Shown here: positions 47,934-58,855 of the stretch, piece after piece
Position numbering within the stretch: the stretch's first letter is position 1
Layout of the letters: the number at the start of each line of letters is the position of its first letter
From: an uncultured Candidatus Saccharibacteria bacterium
GTDB lineage: Bacteria > Patescibacteriota > Minisyncoccia > Phycocordibacterales > UBA918
Direction of reading: 5' to 3'
DNA: 64,000 bases
Assembly (NCBI GenBank): GCA_964402035.1
Contig: CAYOAM010000001.1
Span: forward strand, 307,558 to 371,557
Made by a program: the position numbers and the translations under genes
The notes under the pieces: generated by a model
Seen by the model: the letters and a program-made list of their open reading frames with translations, nothing else
Databases searched by the model: none
Told to the model about the DNA's origin: nothing

Positions 47934-49796
47934 CTACGGAGCAACTTCCATCAACAATGCCTTGGTCTTTGGTCCAACAATACCGACCGATGCTAGGTTG
48001 TTTGCAGCTTGAAAATCTTTGACTGCAGCTTCGGTTAATGCGCCAAAGTACCCTGTGACACTGCCCTTGAAATGTCCTAAACGCGCAAGTGTTCGCTGAA
48101 GCAAGCTTACCTCTTCCCCAGTCCAACCTACGGCTAGCGTATTTTTAATCGCGACACCTTGTCCCACTGTGGTCTCAAGTGCTAAAGAACCGTACTCATA
48201 GGCACCCACATCTATAGCACCTACAGCAGTGCGTGTCTGACTTGCGTACGGATGCACATACTGCTTGGTCGGCGCAAGACTCATGGAACCAACGGATCCC
48301 GGATTTGCTCCCGCATTCACCGCAGAAGAGGTATTTGTGAGCCGGTAGTCGTAGGTGCTCTGTGAGACAAAGCCAGGGGTGTTGGTGAAGATGTTGTTTG
48401 AAGCGGTGAGGCTTACGTTTGGTACAGGGTTTCCAGTACCCACAAAGAGATTGTTCGTCACTTTGCCCGTAGGTGCACCTGAGGCACGAACGAACTGCGT
48501 GGTATTCACCCCGGTGTCATTCACAAACGTGTTGTTAATGACATAGAGGATCTGCGAAGGGTTCGTGGCACCTTCTGCTGCGTATGAGATCATAGCGCTG
48601 CGATTGGCGGCATTTGGGCTCTTCTGGATAATGTTGCCGATGATGTATGACTCACCACCGTTTGAGAGATCGATTTCATAGCTCTCATTGGATTGTTCTC
48701 CCGTAATGCGGTTATAGAGGATAAAGTTCTTCTTGGCACGACTCTTCACCATTTGTCCTTGATCAACAGCGGCGTGTATGTAGCTGTCTTCAAGTGTGAA
48801 CGAGGCTATACCTCCAATATAGATGTTATGGATACCGCCACTTCCCCCCACGCCATTGCGGTCAAACTCACTATTCTTGATCACAATGTCTGATTCGGGA
48901 TTGTGTGCTGAGAGGATACCGTTCTCATTGTCGTGGAAGTACGAATTGAGGATGGTAAGGTCTCCTCCTTCTGCTCTAATACCTGCCCCATTGAGGTCAG
49001 GCACCTTGGCATTTGAAAACTCAATACCATCGACCGTCACGTTGTTTCCACCAATAGTCCAGATTGCTTTACCATTCGGTATGACGCCCGTATTGCTGCG
49101 TCGCATGTGTGCTTTTCCACCGACGCCCTTTAATGTCAGATTGTTTTGATACCATGCAGCAAAATCGTCAGTGTAGGTACCGGCATCAATGAGCACTGTG
49201 TCTCCGTCTCTGGCAACAACATTGGCCTGACTTGGCTTTGCATACTGCTTGCCTACTCCTACCGTAAGTACATTGCCGGTGACCGGTGTTGTCGTCGGTG
49301 TTGGTACAGGCACTGGTACTGGTGTTGGAACAGGTGGTGTGGTTGTTGGTGTTGGTACCGGAACTGGTATTGGAGTAGGAACCGGAGGCGGTGGCGGTAC
49401 TGGTACAGGCACTGGTGTTGGAACAGGTGGTGTGGTTGTTGGTGTTGGTACCGGAACCGGTGTAGGCACAGGGGTCGGAGCAGAAACAAATCTAAGATAC
49501 TCTTTATACACCCATCCATCACAACCGCTACTGAAATCAACTTTCCACCAGACTAATTGCCTAACAGTCACTGGGCCTTCTGCCAAGGTACCAGTGGCGT
49601 TTTTATCCTGCGTGCAGAGTCGTGCACTGCCCGTTGAGGCGGATTTTCGAACCGCTACTTTTGAAATAGTTTTTACGTTTGTGCCGACCGTCCATGTATT
49701 TGATGACGTCGTTGCTGCAAACGCAACCGGTGCACACTGCATTACACTGATCGACAGTATACATAGAGCAAAAAATAATTTCTTAATCACTGACAT
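47934..49796 (-). CDS. Secreted modular protein: SH3b-like domain, Pro/Thr/Val linker, pectate-lyase-like right-handed beta-helix, peptidoglycan-binding domain
   Basis: Signal peptide; [14 protein letters not shown]; PTPVPVP repeats; [10 protein letters not shown]...FHDNENGIL; AIDVGAYEY; [17 protein letters not shown]. Confidence 0.82.
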   Translation of the reverse strand: MSVIKKLFFALCILSISVMQCAPVAFAATTSSNTWTVGTNVKTISKVAVRKSASTGSARLCTQDKNATGTLAEGPVTVRQLVWWKVDFSSGCDGWVYKEYLRFVSAPTPVPTPVPVPTPTTTPPVPTPVPVPVPPPPPVPTPIPVPVPTPTTTPPVPTPVPVPVPTPTTTPVTGNVLTVGVGKQYAKPSQANVVARDGDTVLIDAGTYTDDFAAWYQNNLTLKGVGGKAHMRRSNTGVIPNGKAIWTIGGNNVTVDGIEFSNAKVPDLNGAGIRAEGGDLTILNSYFHDNENGILSAHNPESDIVIKNSEFDRNGVGGSGGIHNIYIGGIASFTLEDSYIHAAVDQGQMVKSRAKKNFILYNRITGEQSNESYEIDLSNGGESYIIGNIIQKSPNAANRSAMISYAAEGATNPSQILYVINNTFVNDTGVNTTQFVRASGAPTGKVTNNLFVGTGNPVPNVSLTASNNIFTNTPGFVSQSTYDYRLTNTSSAVNAGANPGSVGSMSLAPTKQYVHPYASQTRTAVGAIDVGAYEYGSLALETTVGQGVAIKNTLAVGWTGEEVSLLQRTLARLGHFKGSVTGYFGALTEAAVKDFQAANNLASVGIVGPKTKALLMEVAP

Positions 49797-49880
49797 GTAG
49801 ATGATATTAGGTGTTAACAAGTGAAATATACCACAGCACGGGCAGCATTATTCACACTGAGGACGGCGTTACCCGTTACT

Positions 49881-49932
49881 AAAAACAAAAAGAGGCGTGA
49901 TTCCAAAAGAATCGCGCCTCTTTTTGTTTTTT
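49881..49932 (-). terminator. Terminator after the cyclophilin gene
   Basis: aaaaacaaaaagaggcgtgattc-caaaa-gaatcgcgcctctttttgttttt. Confidence 0.7.
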
Positions 49933-49944
49933 TCTATCCCCACG

Positions 49945-50670
49945 TTATTTTTCTAGAATCTCAATACCCGAAATAATAACCGGCACAACAGGTACATCAC
50001 GAGCACCCGTCTCTACTTTCCCAATAGTATCGACAATGTCGATACCCTGGATCACCCGTCCAAACACCGGATGCTTGCTTGCAGCTGGCTCCTTGTCATA
50101 ATCAAGACCAACATTGTTTCCGGTATTAATAAAGAATTGGCTACCACCTGAGTTTGGTTGACCAGTATTTGCCATCGCTATCGTACCCTTCACATTGGTG
50201 AGGCGCGGATCAGCGACAAATTCGTCTTCGATCGTGTATCCGGGTCCACCCTGACCATATACCGCAGGATTTGAACCTTTGGAGTTTGGATCTCCACCCT
50301 GGATCATAAAGCCATCAATCACACGGTGAAACTTTGTATTGTTATAAAATCCCTCTTTTGCGAGCTTTACGAAATTGCCAACCGTAATAGGCATAGCATC
50401 TTGATAGAGCTCAAGGACAATATCTCCTTTTGAGGTATGAAAGGTTGCTGTTGGATTTGCTTTTTTTTGTTCATCCATAGTGTTTGGTGTATTTGATGCT
50501 TGAGTAATATTTTCTGGCGGTGAGAGTGGTCCTGGCAGTTGGTCGTTGAATGTATCACTATTTGGCGAAAGTGATAATTCTCCGGAACTGTACCCGACCC
50601 ACATACCGATAGCACCAACCAGGATCACACTTCCTGTGATGGTAATAATAATGTGTTTGATGTCTGCCAT
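49945..50670 (-). CDS. Cyclophilin-type peptidyl-prolyl isomerase with N-terminal TM
   Basis: FHRVIDGFMIQGGDP, AMANTGQPNSGGSQFFIN and HPVFGRV motifs. Confidence 0.95.
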   Translation of the reverse strand: MADIKHIIITITGSVILVGAIGMWVGYSSGELSLSPNSDTFNDQLPGPLSPPENITQASNTPNTMDEQKKANPTATFHTSKGDIVLELYQDAMPITVGNFVKLAKEGFYNNTKFHRVIDGFMIQGGDPNSKGSNPAVYGQGGPGYTIEDEFVADPRLTNVKGTIAMANTGQPNSGGSQFFINTGNNVGLDYDKEPAASKHPVFGRVIQGIDIVDTIGKVETGARDVPVVPVIISGIEILEK

Positions 50671-50671
50671 A

Positions 50672-51118
50672 CTATTTTTTTGCTTCTATACTAATAGAGA
50701 CTTCCCCTTTAAAACCTCCTGTTTGCACCAGTATGGTTTGCATACCTAGATCTTTGAAAACGCCAGAAAATAGTATATCGCGCTCTTCAAGTGCAACACC
50801 ATACCGAGTGTGTACGGCGGCGATAATATCAGAGACGTGCACACCCTTAAAAAGATGGCCCTTTTCATTTGCTGCAGCAAAAATAACCAGGGGTTTGAGC
50901 GCGGAGTCCTCAGCAAGCCCCCGAAGTGTTGACTCTTTTTTATCGCCTCGCTCTTTTTGTGATGCTTGCTGCGCATGCGCCTTTTTCACATGCTCCGCGG
51001 TCGCAGGGACCGCCAACTTACGAGGAATAAGATTGTTGTACGCAAAACCATCCGCCACATCTTTGACTTCGTGTTTCTTCCCTATCTTTGGAACGTTCTG
51101 CAAAAAGAGTACTTTCAT
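50672..51118 (-). CDS. rplI: 50S ribosomal protein L9
   Basis: MKVLFLQNVPKIGKK..VKDVADGFAYNNLIPRKLA. Confidence 0.95.
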   Translation of the reverse strand: MKVLFLQNVPKIGKKHEVKDVADGFAYNNLIPRKLAVPATAEHVKKAHAQQASQKERGDKKESTLRGLAEDSALKPLVIFAAANEKGHLFKGVHVSDIIAAVHTRYGVALEERDILFSGVFKDLGMQTILVQTGGFKGEVSISIEAKK

Positions 51119-51196
51119 ATAACCCCGCTATCATAACGAAATAACGAACGAACAGCAACCAAGCACTTCTTTTCCTATCAGAAAAGAAGTGCTTGG

Positions 51197-52489
51197 TTAG
51201 CGATTGAGATATTCGCGAGCAGCATCCATCTGTGGGTCTTTCTCTGCCTCACGATCTTCGGGAGTACGCTCGACCTCAACATCTGGAGCCAAACCACCAT
51301 TTGAAATTGAGACGCCATTTGGAGTGAGCCATCGGGCTATGGTCACTTTGAGTGAAGCGCCATGGGGTAGATCAATGAGTTCCTGCACTGAGCCTTTTCC
51401 AAATGTATGCTGGCCAATCAGTGTTGCAACACCATGCTCTTTTAGAGCGCCCGCCAAAATTTCTGCAGCCGAGGCAGAACCCCCATCAATCAACACCACC
51501 GTTTTAAAATCACGATACTTATGCAGATCTTTTCCTGAACTTCGATAGAGTTGTTCCGCTTGCTCTGTCCCAAAATTTTCTCGTACGATCACTTTTCCGG
51601 TTGGCAAGAAATAGCTCGCAATACCAACCGCACTCTGAAGAAACCCACCAGGATTACCTCGGAGATCCAAAATGAGCTTCTTGCTACCGCTTTCCATAAA
51701 TGCACGCAACGCTTCCTGCATCTTTGCCTCCGATATCGCAGAAAAATTGTAGAGCGCAATCATAAATACCCCGTCTTTGCTTTCTGTCTTTATGGTCGGG
51801 ATGACAATGGTATCGCGCACAATAGTAACTTCAATGGGCTTTTCGGCACCCTTTCTATAGAGTGTGAGTGATACCGATGTCCCCTTCTCACCACGAATAT
51901 GCGAGACCGCTTCATCAACACTCATATGCTCGGTCGACTTGCCATCAATAGACACCAACACATCTCCCGTAAGAATGCCCGCCTTTTCCGAAGGTGACTC
52001 CGGTAGTGGCGCGATAACGGTGATCAGGCTATCTTTCATCCCAACTTCCATTCCCACACCACCAAACTCTCCCGCGATGTCTGACTCAAATGCAGCCGCT
52101 TCCTCGGGCGGAAAAAAGACCGTATACGGATCACCATAGGCGCTCACCAATCCTTCGATTGCGCCCCAGACACGCGCTTCGTCACTCAGGGGATCCGTCG
52201 TTGTTGAGCTTACAAAACGTTCATCAAGTGTGTGCCATACTTTCCAGAAGAGATCCAGTTGCACCTCCTCCTTTGGAGCCGCTGATGAAAACAAGAACGA
52301 TCCCAGACTTGCAGATTGATTACTTTCTGCTCCCACCTGCATACCTGAAAAAAATGCAGCTGCCGCAAAAAAGAATGCAAGGCCATAGCCTAATAGTGAT
52401 GATTTTTTCAAGCCACCACCCGCTGATGTACGTTCCCCCGTCTCCAAAATCACGACTCCTTCGGGTTTTGCGATTGTCTGTTCATCCAT
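51197..52489 (-). CDS. S41 carboxyl-terminal processing protease (PDZ domain)
   Basis: LDLRGNPGG, SASAAEILAGAL, TFGKGSVQ and ARWLTPNG motifs. Confidence 0.95.
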   Translation of the reverse strand: MDEQTIAKPEGVVILETGERTSAGGGLKKSSLLGYGLAFFFAAAAFFSGMQVGAESNQSASLGSFLFSSAAPKEEVQLDLFWKVWHTLDERFVSSTTTDPLSDEARVWGAIEGLVSAYGDPYTVFFPPEEAAAFESDIAGEFGGVGMEVGMKDSLITVIAPLPESPSEKAGILTGDVLVSIDGKSTEHMSVDEAVSHIRGEKGTSVSLTLYRKGAEKPIEVTIVRDTIVIPTIKTESKDGVFMIALYNFSAISEAKMQEALRAFMESGSKKLILDLRGNPGGFLQSAVGIASYFLPTGKVIVRENFGTEQAEQLYRSSGKDLHKYRDFKTVVLIDGGSASAAEILAGALKEHGVATLIGQHTFGKGSVQELIDLPHGASLKVTIARWLTPNGVSISNGGLAPDVEVERTPEDREAEKDPQMDAAREYLNR

Positions 52490-52560
52490 AAGTATCACGC
52501 ATTATTACATACACAGAGTCGTATGTACAAAGCATAAGTCTAGAGTGGTACACTGTAGGT

Positions 52561-53472
52561 ATGATTCAAAAATATGAAGGCACAGGCGTGACGTGGATAG
52601 ATCTCCTCACACCTTCACCAGAAGAAGTCCGTGCCATCATGGAAGAGTGCAATATTCCGCCAGAACTCCTCGGTGACCTCACGACCCCGGTACCGCGCTC
52701 TGAAGGTACCGCTTCCGGGAACACGATAAAGATCAATATAGATTTTCCTGTCGTCAAACAAAAAGAGATTGAGCGCACGCATGAGATCAAGTTTCTGATT
52801 AGCCAAAAGACGCTGATTACGGTGCGCTACGAAGAAATTACCGCGCTCCATACCTTTGGAAAGGAATTCGAAGTTCTTTCAACACTAAAGCGTGCGACAA
52901 AGGGAGTGAGCGGCGCAACGCTCTTTATTGCACTTATGGGAACCCTCTACGACAGCCTTGCATCAAAACTCGACTACACAGAATCGCGCCTCGCATTTAT
53001 CGAGCAAGAAATGTTTGAAGAACGCGAACGAGAAATGGTGTTTGAGATTTCACGCCTGAGCCAAACCTTGATCACGTTCAAACAAATACTTTTTTCACAC
53101 AAAGAAGTACTGGAATTAGTGCAACCAAAATTTATCACCATTTTTGGCGATGAATTTGAGTCACACTTGAGCGACTTGGCAACGTACTACCAATTTCTCA
53201 CACGACGTGTGAGCACCCTTACCGATTCACTCCACGAACTCCGCGATACCAACAACTCTCTGCTTTCAACGAAACAGAACGAGACAATGAAAGTGCTCAC
53301 CATCATGGCGTTTGTCACCTACCCACTCACCCTTATTTCGTCCGTGTTTGGTATGAATACGGAACACACGCCTTTTGTGGGGGGCGCCTACGGTTTTTGG
53401 ATAATTATTGGTATTATGGCGGCTGCCGCTTCTTTACTCTTTATTTACTTCAAGCATAAAAACTGGTTATAA
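52561..53472 (+). CDS. corA: CorA family Mg2+ transporter
   Basis: NETMKVLTI...VFGMNT signature followed by a final TM. Confidence 0.9.
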   Translation: MIQKYEGTGVTWIDLLTPSPEEVRAIMEECNIPPELLGDLTTPVPRSEGTASGNTIKINIDFPVVKQKEIERTHEIKFLISQKTLITVRYEEITALHTFGKEFEVLSTLKRATKGVSGATLFIALMGTLYDSLASKLDYTESRLAFIEQEMFEEREREMVFEISRLSQTLITFKQILFSHKEVLELVQPKFITIFGDEFESHLSDLATYYQFLTRRVSTLTDSLHELRDTNNSLLSTKQNETMKVLTIMAFVTYPLTLISSVFGMNTEHTPFVGGAYGFWIIIGIMAAAASLLFIYFKHKNWL

Positions 53473-53593
53473 ATATGTCTAAAGAAACTCATATGCTTTG
53501 TTGTCCGCGCTAAAAAGAAATTCATCGTATAATCCATACGCCTCATTTCTTTTTAGCTTGACGTCGCGCCTCTGAGTTTTTAAGAACATATTT
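53471..53593. repeat. ~120-bp imperfect long inverted repeat (MITE/REP-like or structured RNA)
   Basis: Nested stems aaatatgt/acatattt, aaactca/tgagttt, gctaaaaagaaat/atttctttttagc and cgtat/atacg. Confidence 0.6.
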
Positions 53594-53633
53594 AAAAACA
53601 GACAATCAGTCTTCAGAACATCAACATATTTTT

Positions 53634-55088
53634 ATGTCTTTCCTAACTTTTAAGAAAAAAGATAGCGACCTACCACCGCTGTATATTAAAAACACCCTCA
53701 CACGCGAACTTGAAGAGTTTGTACCGCTTTCAAAGGACCAAGTCACCATCTACACCTGTGGCCCTACGGCGTACGATTTTGCACATATTGGAAATCTCCG
53801 CGCATACGTGTTTTCAGATATCTTGAAGCGTACGCTTTTGCTCAATGGATACGATGTAAACCATACAATTAACATCACTGACTTTGGCCACCTCTCGGGC
53901 GATGGCGATGACGGCGAAGACAAGATGGTAATCGCGATTAAACGCGAGGGCAAACCGCATACGATGGCATCCGTTAAAGAGATTGCGCAGATTTACAGTG
54001 AGGCATTCAAACAAGATATGGATGCGCTCGGAATCATGCCGCCAACACAGTACACGCCTGCCAGTGACTTCATCAATGAAGAAATTGCATTGGTTAAGGA
54101 GCTCGACCAGAAAGGATACACGTACACCACAAGCGACGGTGTGTACTTTGATATTTCTCATTTTCCAACCTATGGAAGACTCGGCAACATTAACCTAGAA
54201 GCTCTTAAAGAAGGTGCCCGTGTTGCGGCAAATCCTGAAAAGAAGCATCCTGCCGATTTTGCTGTTTGGAAATTTGGTGAACTTGGCTGGGAGAGTCCCT
54301 GGGGCAAAGGATTCCCCGGTTGGCATATTGAGTGTACTGCAATGGCATTTGCGACTCTGGGTAACCAAATCGACATTCATACCGGCGGAATCGATCATAT
54401 TGCTACACACCACAATGGCGAAATTGCCCAAGCAGAAGCGGCAACGGGAAAAACATATGTGAAATACTGGATGCATAATGCATTCATCACATTGGATCAA
54501 AAGCGTATTGGAAAGTCTGTTGGAAATGCAATCTACTTGAAAACCTTGGTAGAGCACGGATATGATCCGCTTGCCTATCGCTACTGGCTCCTTACCGGGC
54601 ACTACTCTTCCCCGATGGATTTTACCTTTGAAGCACTCGATGGCGCAAAACAGGCACACTTTAAACTTCGCCGTTTTGTGTACGGAGATCTCAAAGATGT
54701 GACACCGGGAACGATTGATGAAAACTACACGATGGAATTCTTTGCTGCGATCAACAATGACCTTGATACACCAGCCGCAATCGCACTTCTCTGGCAACTT
54801 GTAAAGGACAAAAATATTTCAGACGAAGACAAACTAGCGACCATCCGATTTTTCGATACGACACTCAACCTTGGTCTATCCGAAGAAAATGATGAGGCTG
54901 CACACAATCTCGGCGTCATCTCACTCGAATCACTTTCACCCGAACTTCAGTCATTGATCAAAGACCGTGAAAAAGCCCGCAGCGAAAAACGCTGGGCCGA
55001 TGCCGATATCCTGCGCCAACAGATCAATAACCACGGCTATCTTGTTGTAGATACTGAAGACGGTACCGTAATCACAAAATCGGCTTAA
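53634..55088 (+). CDS. cysS: Cysteine--tRNA ligase
   Basis: YTCGPTAYDFAHIGN, GFPGWHIECTAM, DIHTGGIDH and NDLDTP motifs. Confidence 0.97.
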   Translation: MSFLTFKKKDSDLPPLYIKNTLTRELEEFVPLSKDQVTIYTCGPTAYDFAHIGNLRAYVFSDILKRTLLLNGYDVNHTINITDFGHLSGDGDDGEDKMVIAIKREGKPHTMASVKEIAQIYSEAFKQDMDALGIMPPTQYTPASDFINEEIALVKELDQKGYTYTTSDGVYFDISHFPTYGRLGNINLEALKEGARVAANPEKKHPADFAVWKFGELGWESPWGKGFPGWHIECTAMAFATLGNQIDIHTGGIDHIATHHNGEIAQAEAATGKTYVKYWMHNAFITLDQKRIGKSVGNAIYLKTLVEHGYDPLAYRYWLLTGHYSSPMDFTFEALDGAKQAHFKLRRFVYGDLKDVTPGTIDENYTMEFFAAINNDLDTPAAIALLWQLVKDKNISDEDKLATIRFFDTTLNLGLSEENDEAAHNLGVISLESLSPELQSLIKDREKARSEKRWADADILRQQINNHGYLVVDTEDGTVITKSA

Positions 55089-55190
55089 TATAAAGTCTTT
55101 TTTAAAAAAACCGTTTGCATTGACGTCTAGTTGTGCTCAATGCTAGATTGTTACCTGTACAGCACATTTCCAAACCATAAGGAGCGGCGC

Positions 55191-55679
55191 ATGCAGACTC
55201 ATGTCCACCCTCGTACTGGGGCTGCTATCGAAGGGGTTCGACTACCTCCAGGCAGCATCATCAGCAAGAGAGACTGGTACGATTCATCGGACGGTAAATG
55301 GCGTAAAGCTGGGCATGTAGCGGGTATTACCCTCGAGCGCGGCTGCACGACCATTTGGGTTCGTCAGCCCAAAAAACTCTCAATCAACGCTTGCACCTTG
55401 CTCGACTATCTCAAGACGCAGCCGTGGGGCAAGAAGACATGTATCGGGGAACGCGATCGCACTTTCTATGTCATTCCGAGTCCGACTTTCAACTGGGACG
55501 GGCGGATCGATATCGAAGCGATGCGTGTCATGCACCCTGAATGCGTTCAAGAACTCATCGACAACGGCCATCTTGCTTTCAGTGAGGAAGAGGCGACCAA
55601 CTGGTTGTCTGAGTACGCGACCGTGCGGGACAAGCACAAAAATCGCGTATACACCCTCACCAACGAGAGAGCTCAATAG
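55191..55679 (+). CDS. Hypothetical protein
   Basis: TTGACG-18-TAGATT promoter, TAAGGAG SD, terminator at ~55711-55741. Confidence 0.65.
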   Translation: MQTHVHPRTGAAIEGVRLPPGSIISKRDWYDSSDGKWRKAGHVAGITLERGCTTIWVRQPKKLSINACTLLDYLKTQPWGKKTCIGERDRTFYVIPSPTFNWDGRIDIEAMRVMHPECVQELIDNGHLAFSEEEATNWLSEYATVRDKHKNRVYTLTNERAQ

Positions 55680-55820
55680 GCTAGGGCTTCCGTCACTCGC
55701 GCATGTATCCAGGCCAACATCGAAAGATGTTGGCCTTTTTCTACAGATCTCCTATACACATGCTATGCACCGAAAGCCAACAGAGCTACAAAAAGTGCAT
55801 CGTGATACAATGTCGCCACT

Positions 55821-57224
55821 ATGGCCGATGACTCTCGCAATACTTCAGGTACTCCCAAGCGCCTACGTACCCCACCGCACAACCTCGATGCGGAGCGAGC
55901 GCTCTTGGGCGCTGTCATTCTTCGACCCGACACACTCCACGATGTAACCGTTACCACATACCCTGAATCGTTTTATGCAGAAAAACATCGCGATATTTTT
56001 CGTGCCATTGTAGGACTTTTTAGTAAGGGAAATCCAATTGACCTCCTTTCAATATCACATGCCCTCACAGAAAAAGGAGCACTCGATCGCGTTGGTGGTT
56101 CTAGTTACTTGACCGAACTTATCGATGTCGTACCGGCTGCCGGCAACGCGACATACTATGCCAGCCTCGTTCAGCAAAAGTTTGTGCTCCGTAGTCTCAT
56201 CAGTGCTGCAGATGAACTCGCAGAGATGGGATTTTCAAATCCTGAAGATGTTGATGTCATCCTCGATGCGGCAGAAAAACGCATCTACCAAATCACCCAA
56301 TCCCCTACCGCGCAGCGTTTTGTAGCACTCAAAGAAACACTGGGCGAAGCATGGGAACGATTGGAGAAACTGCATAATTCAACGGAAGAGTTGCGCGGAG
56401 TCCGATCAGGATTTCCAGCGCTCGACAACTTGCTTGCGGGTTTTCAAAAATCAGACCTCATTATTCTTGCTGCGCGTCCTAGTATGGGAAAGACGACGCT
56501 TGCGCTTGATATTGCTCGCAATGCTGCTGTCCAACACAAAGCGCATGTTGGATTCTTTTCTCTCGAAATGAGTTCTCAGCAACTTGTCGACCGCATGGTC
56601 GCTGCCGAAGCAAAAGTTGATGCGTGGAAACTACGCACCGGAAAATTGAGTTCCGATTCCGAATTTGCTCTCGTTCAGGAAGCCCTCGGACGCCTCGGCG
56701 AAGCACCGATTCATATCGACGACCAGCCGGGCAACAACATTCTCAAGATGCGTTCGGCGGCACGCAGGCTGAAAAATGAGCACGGCCTCGACATTATTGT
56801 TGTTGATTATCTCCAGCTCATGATGCCAACACAAACTCGCTCGAGCGACTCGATGGTGCAGCAGGTGACCGAGATTTCTCGCTCGCTCAAAAACCTCGCG
56901 CGTGAGCTCAATGTACCCGTCATTGCTCTTTCGCAGCTTTCGCGCGCGGTAGAACAGCGTGGTGGGAAGCCACGACTGTCAGACCTTCGCGACTCTGGTT
57001 CGATCGAGCAGGATGCAGACGTCGTGATGTTCATCCACCGCGAAGATAAGGTAAATCCAAACTCAGACAAACCAAATATCGCCGAAATTATGATTGAAAA
57101 ACACCGCAATGGACCTACCGGAAAAATTGAACTCTACTTTGATGACAAACGTACCACCTTCCTCCCGCTCGATACCAAGTCCAATTTTCAGGGAGCTGCT
57201 GCGGGGGCCGATGAAGATTTCTAG
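55821..57224 (+). CDS. dnaB: Replicative DNA helicase
   Basis: PPHNLDAERALLG, ARPSMGKT, VDYLQL and DLRDSGSIEQDAD motifs. Confidence 0.98.
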   Translation: MADDSRNTSGTPKRLRTPPHNLDAERALLGAVILRPDTLHDVTVTTYPESFYAEKHRDIFRAIVGLFSKGNPIDLLSISHALTEKGALDRVGGSSYLTELIDVVPAAGNATYYASLVQQKFVLRSLISAADELAEMGFSNPEDVDVILDAAEKRIYQITQSPTAQRFVALKETLGEAWERLEKLHNSTEELRGVRSGFPALDNLLAGFQKSDLIILAARPSMGKTTLALDIARNAAVQHKAHVGFFSLEMSSQQLVDRMVAAEAKVDAWKLRTGKLSSDSEFALVQEALGRLGEAPIHIDDQPGNNILKMRSAARRLKNEHGLDIIVVDYLQLMMPTQTRSSDSMVQQVTEISRSLKNLARELNVPVIALSQLSRAVEQRGGKPRLSDLRDSGSIEQDADVVMFIHREDKVNPNSDKPNIAEIMIEKHRNGPTGKIELYFDDKRTTFLPLDTKSNFQGAAAGADEDF

Positions 57225-57235
57225 TATCACTACAC

Positions 57236-57856
57236 ATGTCTCCACTTGAACGACTCACTGAACTGTTTCAAAAATTTCCGGGCATTGGTCCGCGCCAAGC
57301 ACAGCGTTTTACCTATCACCTCCTCGCACAAGATAGGAGCTACATCGACACACTGGCTTCCTTGATCAAGGAAGTGAGAAACGGCATGCACGAATGTGCA
57401 CTCTGTTTTCGACACTACACTCCTGACCACGGCGAGACACTATGTGACATTTGTAGCACCGACCGCGACCCTTCCCAACTCCTCATCGTTGAGCGCGACC
57501 AAGACATACTTCCCGTCGAACGAGCACAGATATATAAGGGTTTTTATTTTGTGTTGGGTGGCACCATACCACTCCTTGATCAGCATCATACAAGCAAAAC
57601 ACGTGGTCCAGCGCTTAAAGCGATCGTCGCAAAACGCATTGAGCAAGGACTCACTGAAGTGATTTTGGCTTTTTCGGTTAATCCGGATGGAGAAAATACT
57701 GCCCGCTATGTCGAAGCTGAGCTTGGACCGCTCGCAACCTCCCACAACCTCACAATATCCATCCTCGGACGTGGACTTTCGACGGGCAGTGAACTCGAGT
57801 ATGCTGACGCCGAGACCATTAAAAGCGCGCTCCAAAACCGCTCCCGGCACTCCTAG
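57236..57856 (+). CDS. recR: Recombination mediator RecR
   Basis: PGIGPRQAQR HhH, C4 zinc finger, toprim domain, GSELEYAD. Confidence 0.95.
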   Translation: MSPLERLTELFQKFPGIGPRQAQRFTYHLLAQDRSYIDTLASLIKEVRNGMHECALCFRHYTPDHGETLCDICSTDRDPSQLLIVERDQDILPVERAQIYKGFYFVLGGTIPLLDQHHTSKTRGPALKAIVAKRIEQGLTEVILAFSVNPDGENTARYVEAELGPLATSHNLTISILGRGLSTGSELEYADAETIKSALQNRSRHS

Positions 57857-57948
57857 ATACACCCGCATTCTTTGACGGCAAAAGACTTCAGGTGTACCCT
57901 TTTCCGTGGACCCGCAGTTTTTGGGCCGTTTTTTGTTAAGGGGGTACC

Positions 57949-58308
57949 GTGACGCATACACGACATTGCATACACTTCCCCGACTGTCATGAACTCACCG
58001 CTCCGGAGGTGACTGCTCGGCTTCGTACACACATACACGAAGAGAGATGTCAGCACTGCACCAAAGCGCTTCGGCGCATGAAACCTGCATATCTCGAGGA
58101 AATGTGTAGCCGAAAGGTTCAAGAGACACAAGATCCTTTTGCACGTCAGGCACTTATGCTTTATTTGGGTGTAATTAAGAGTCGTGAGAAGCGTCTCATT
58201 GCTCTCTTTTGGCGAGAACAGAGTATATGCTTGAAAGACCATAAACTGAAGCAACAGAGTAATGGTGGTCACCGTCCGACCTACCAAAGCCAAGCGATGA
58301 GTCGCTAA
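57949..58308 (+). CDS. Hypothetical protein
   Basis: GTG start with AAGGGGG SD; hairpin at ~58315-58345. Confidence 0.5.
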   Translation: MTHTRHCIHFPDCHELTAPEVTARLRTHIHEERCQHCTKALRRMKPAYLEEMCSRKVQETQDPFARQALMLYLGVIKSREKRLIALFWREQSICLKDHKLKQQSNGGHRPTYQSQAMSR

Positions 58309-58365
58309 ACGACAAACCCCGAGCGCGAGCTCGGGGTATTTTTTATCTTAATACATTTTTACAAA

Positions 58366-58403
58366 CACATTAAAACCCCTCGTAGATGAGGGGTTTTAAT
58401 GTT
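58366..58403. terminator. Terminator after rplU
   Basis: acattaaaacccctc-gtagat-gaggggttttaatgt. Confidence 0.7.
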
Positions 58404-58405
58404 CT

Positions 58406-58759
58406 TTACTTGAAGGCTTCGATAGTCACCTTACTATATTTCTGTCGGTGCCCTACGCGTCGATCTCGGTTACTCTTAGCTTTAAATCGCACAATAGTGA
58501 GCTTTTCTCCCTTGATATCGGCAACATACTTTGCAGTAACTTTTGCTCCTGCAATATAGGGAGTGCCGATCGTCGTATCTTTGCCATTATCAACAAGGAG
58601 TACTTTATCAAAAGTTACTGCATCTCCCTCTTTGAGTTCGCCTAGAGGAGAAAGAATCTCAACTTCGAGCGTATCACCCACCGACACGACATATTGCTTG
58701 CCACCGGTCTCGATGACGGCAATCTCTTTTTCGGCTGATATTGGGGCTTTCTTTGCCAT
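58406..58759 (-). CDS. rplU: 50S ribosomal protein L21
   Basis: AVIETGGKQYVV...IGTPYI...GHRQKYSKVTI. Confidence 0.97.
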   Translation of the reverse strand: MAKKAPISAEKEIAVIETGGKQYVVSVGDTLEVEILSPLGELKEGDAVTFDKVLLVDNGKDTTIGTPYIAGAKVTAKYVADIKGEKLTIVRFKAKSNRDRRVGHRQKYSKVTIEAFK

Positions 58760-58855
58760 AGACCCCGCATAGTACAAGAAAACCCCCAAAAGTGCAACCA
58801 TCTGCATCGGAGCATAGAAAAAGCCCCCGGAACGAGTTCCGAAGGCATTTACGGG

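Noticed and set aside
49146-49800. Gly/Thr/Val-rich and Cys/Trp/Arg-rich repeat ORFs on the + strand
   Set aside because: Antisense shadows of the Pro/Thr/Val linker in the minus-strand gene.
54496-54525. CysRS has RIGKS in place of KMSKS
   Set aside because: The catalytic Lys is retained and this class I motif is known to vary; the other motifs are intact.
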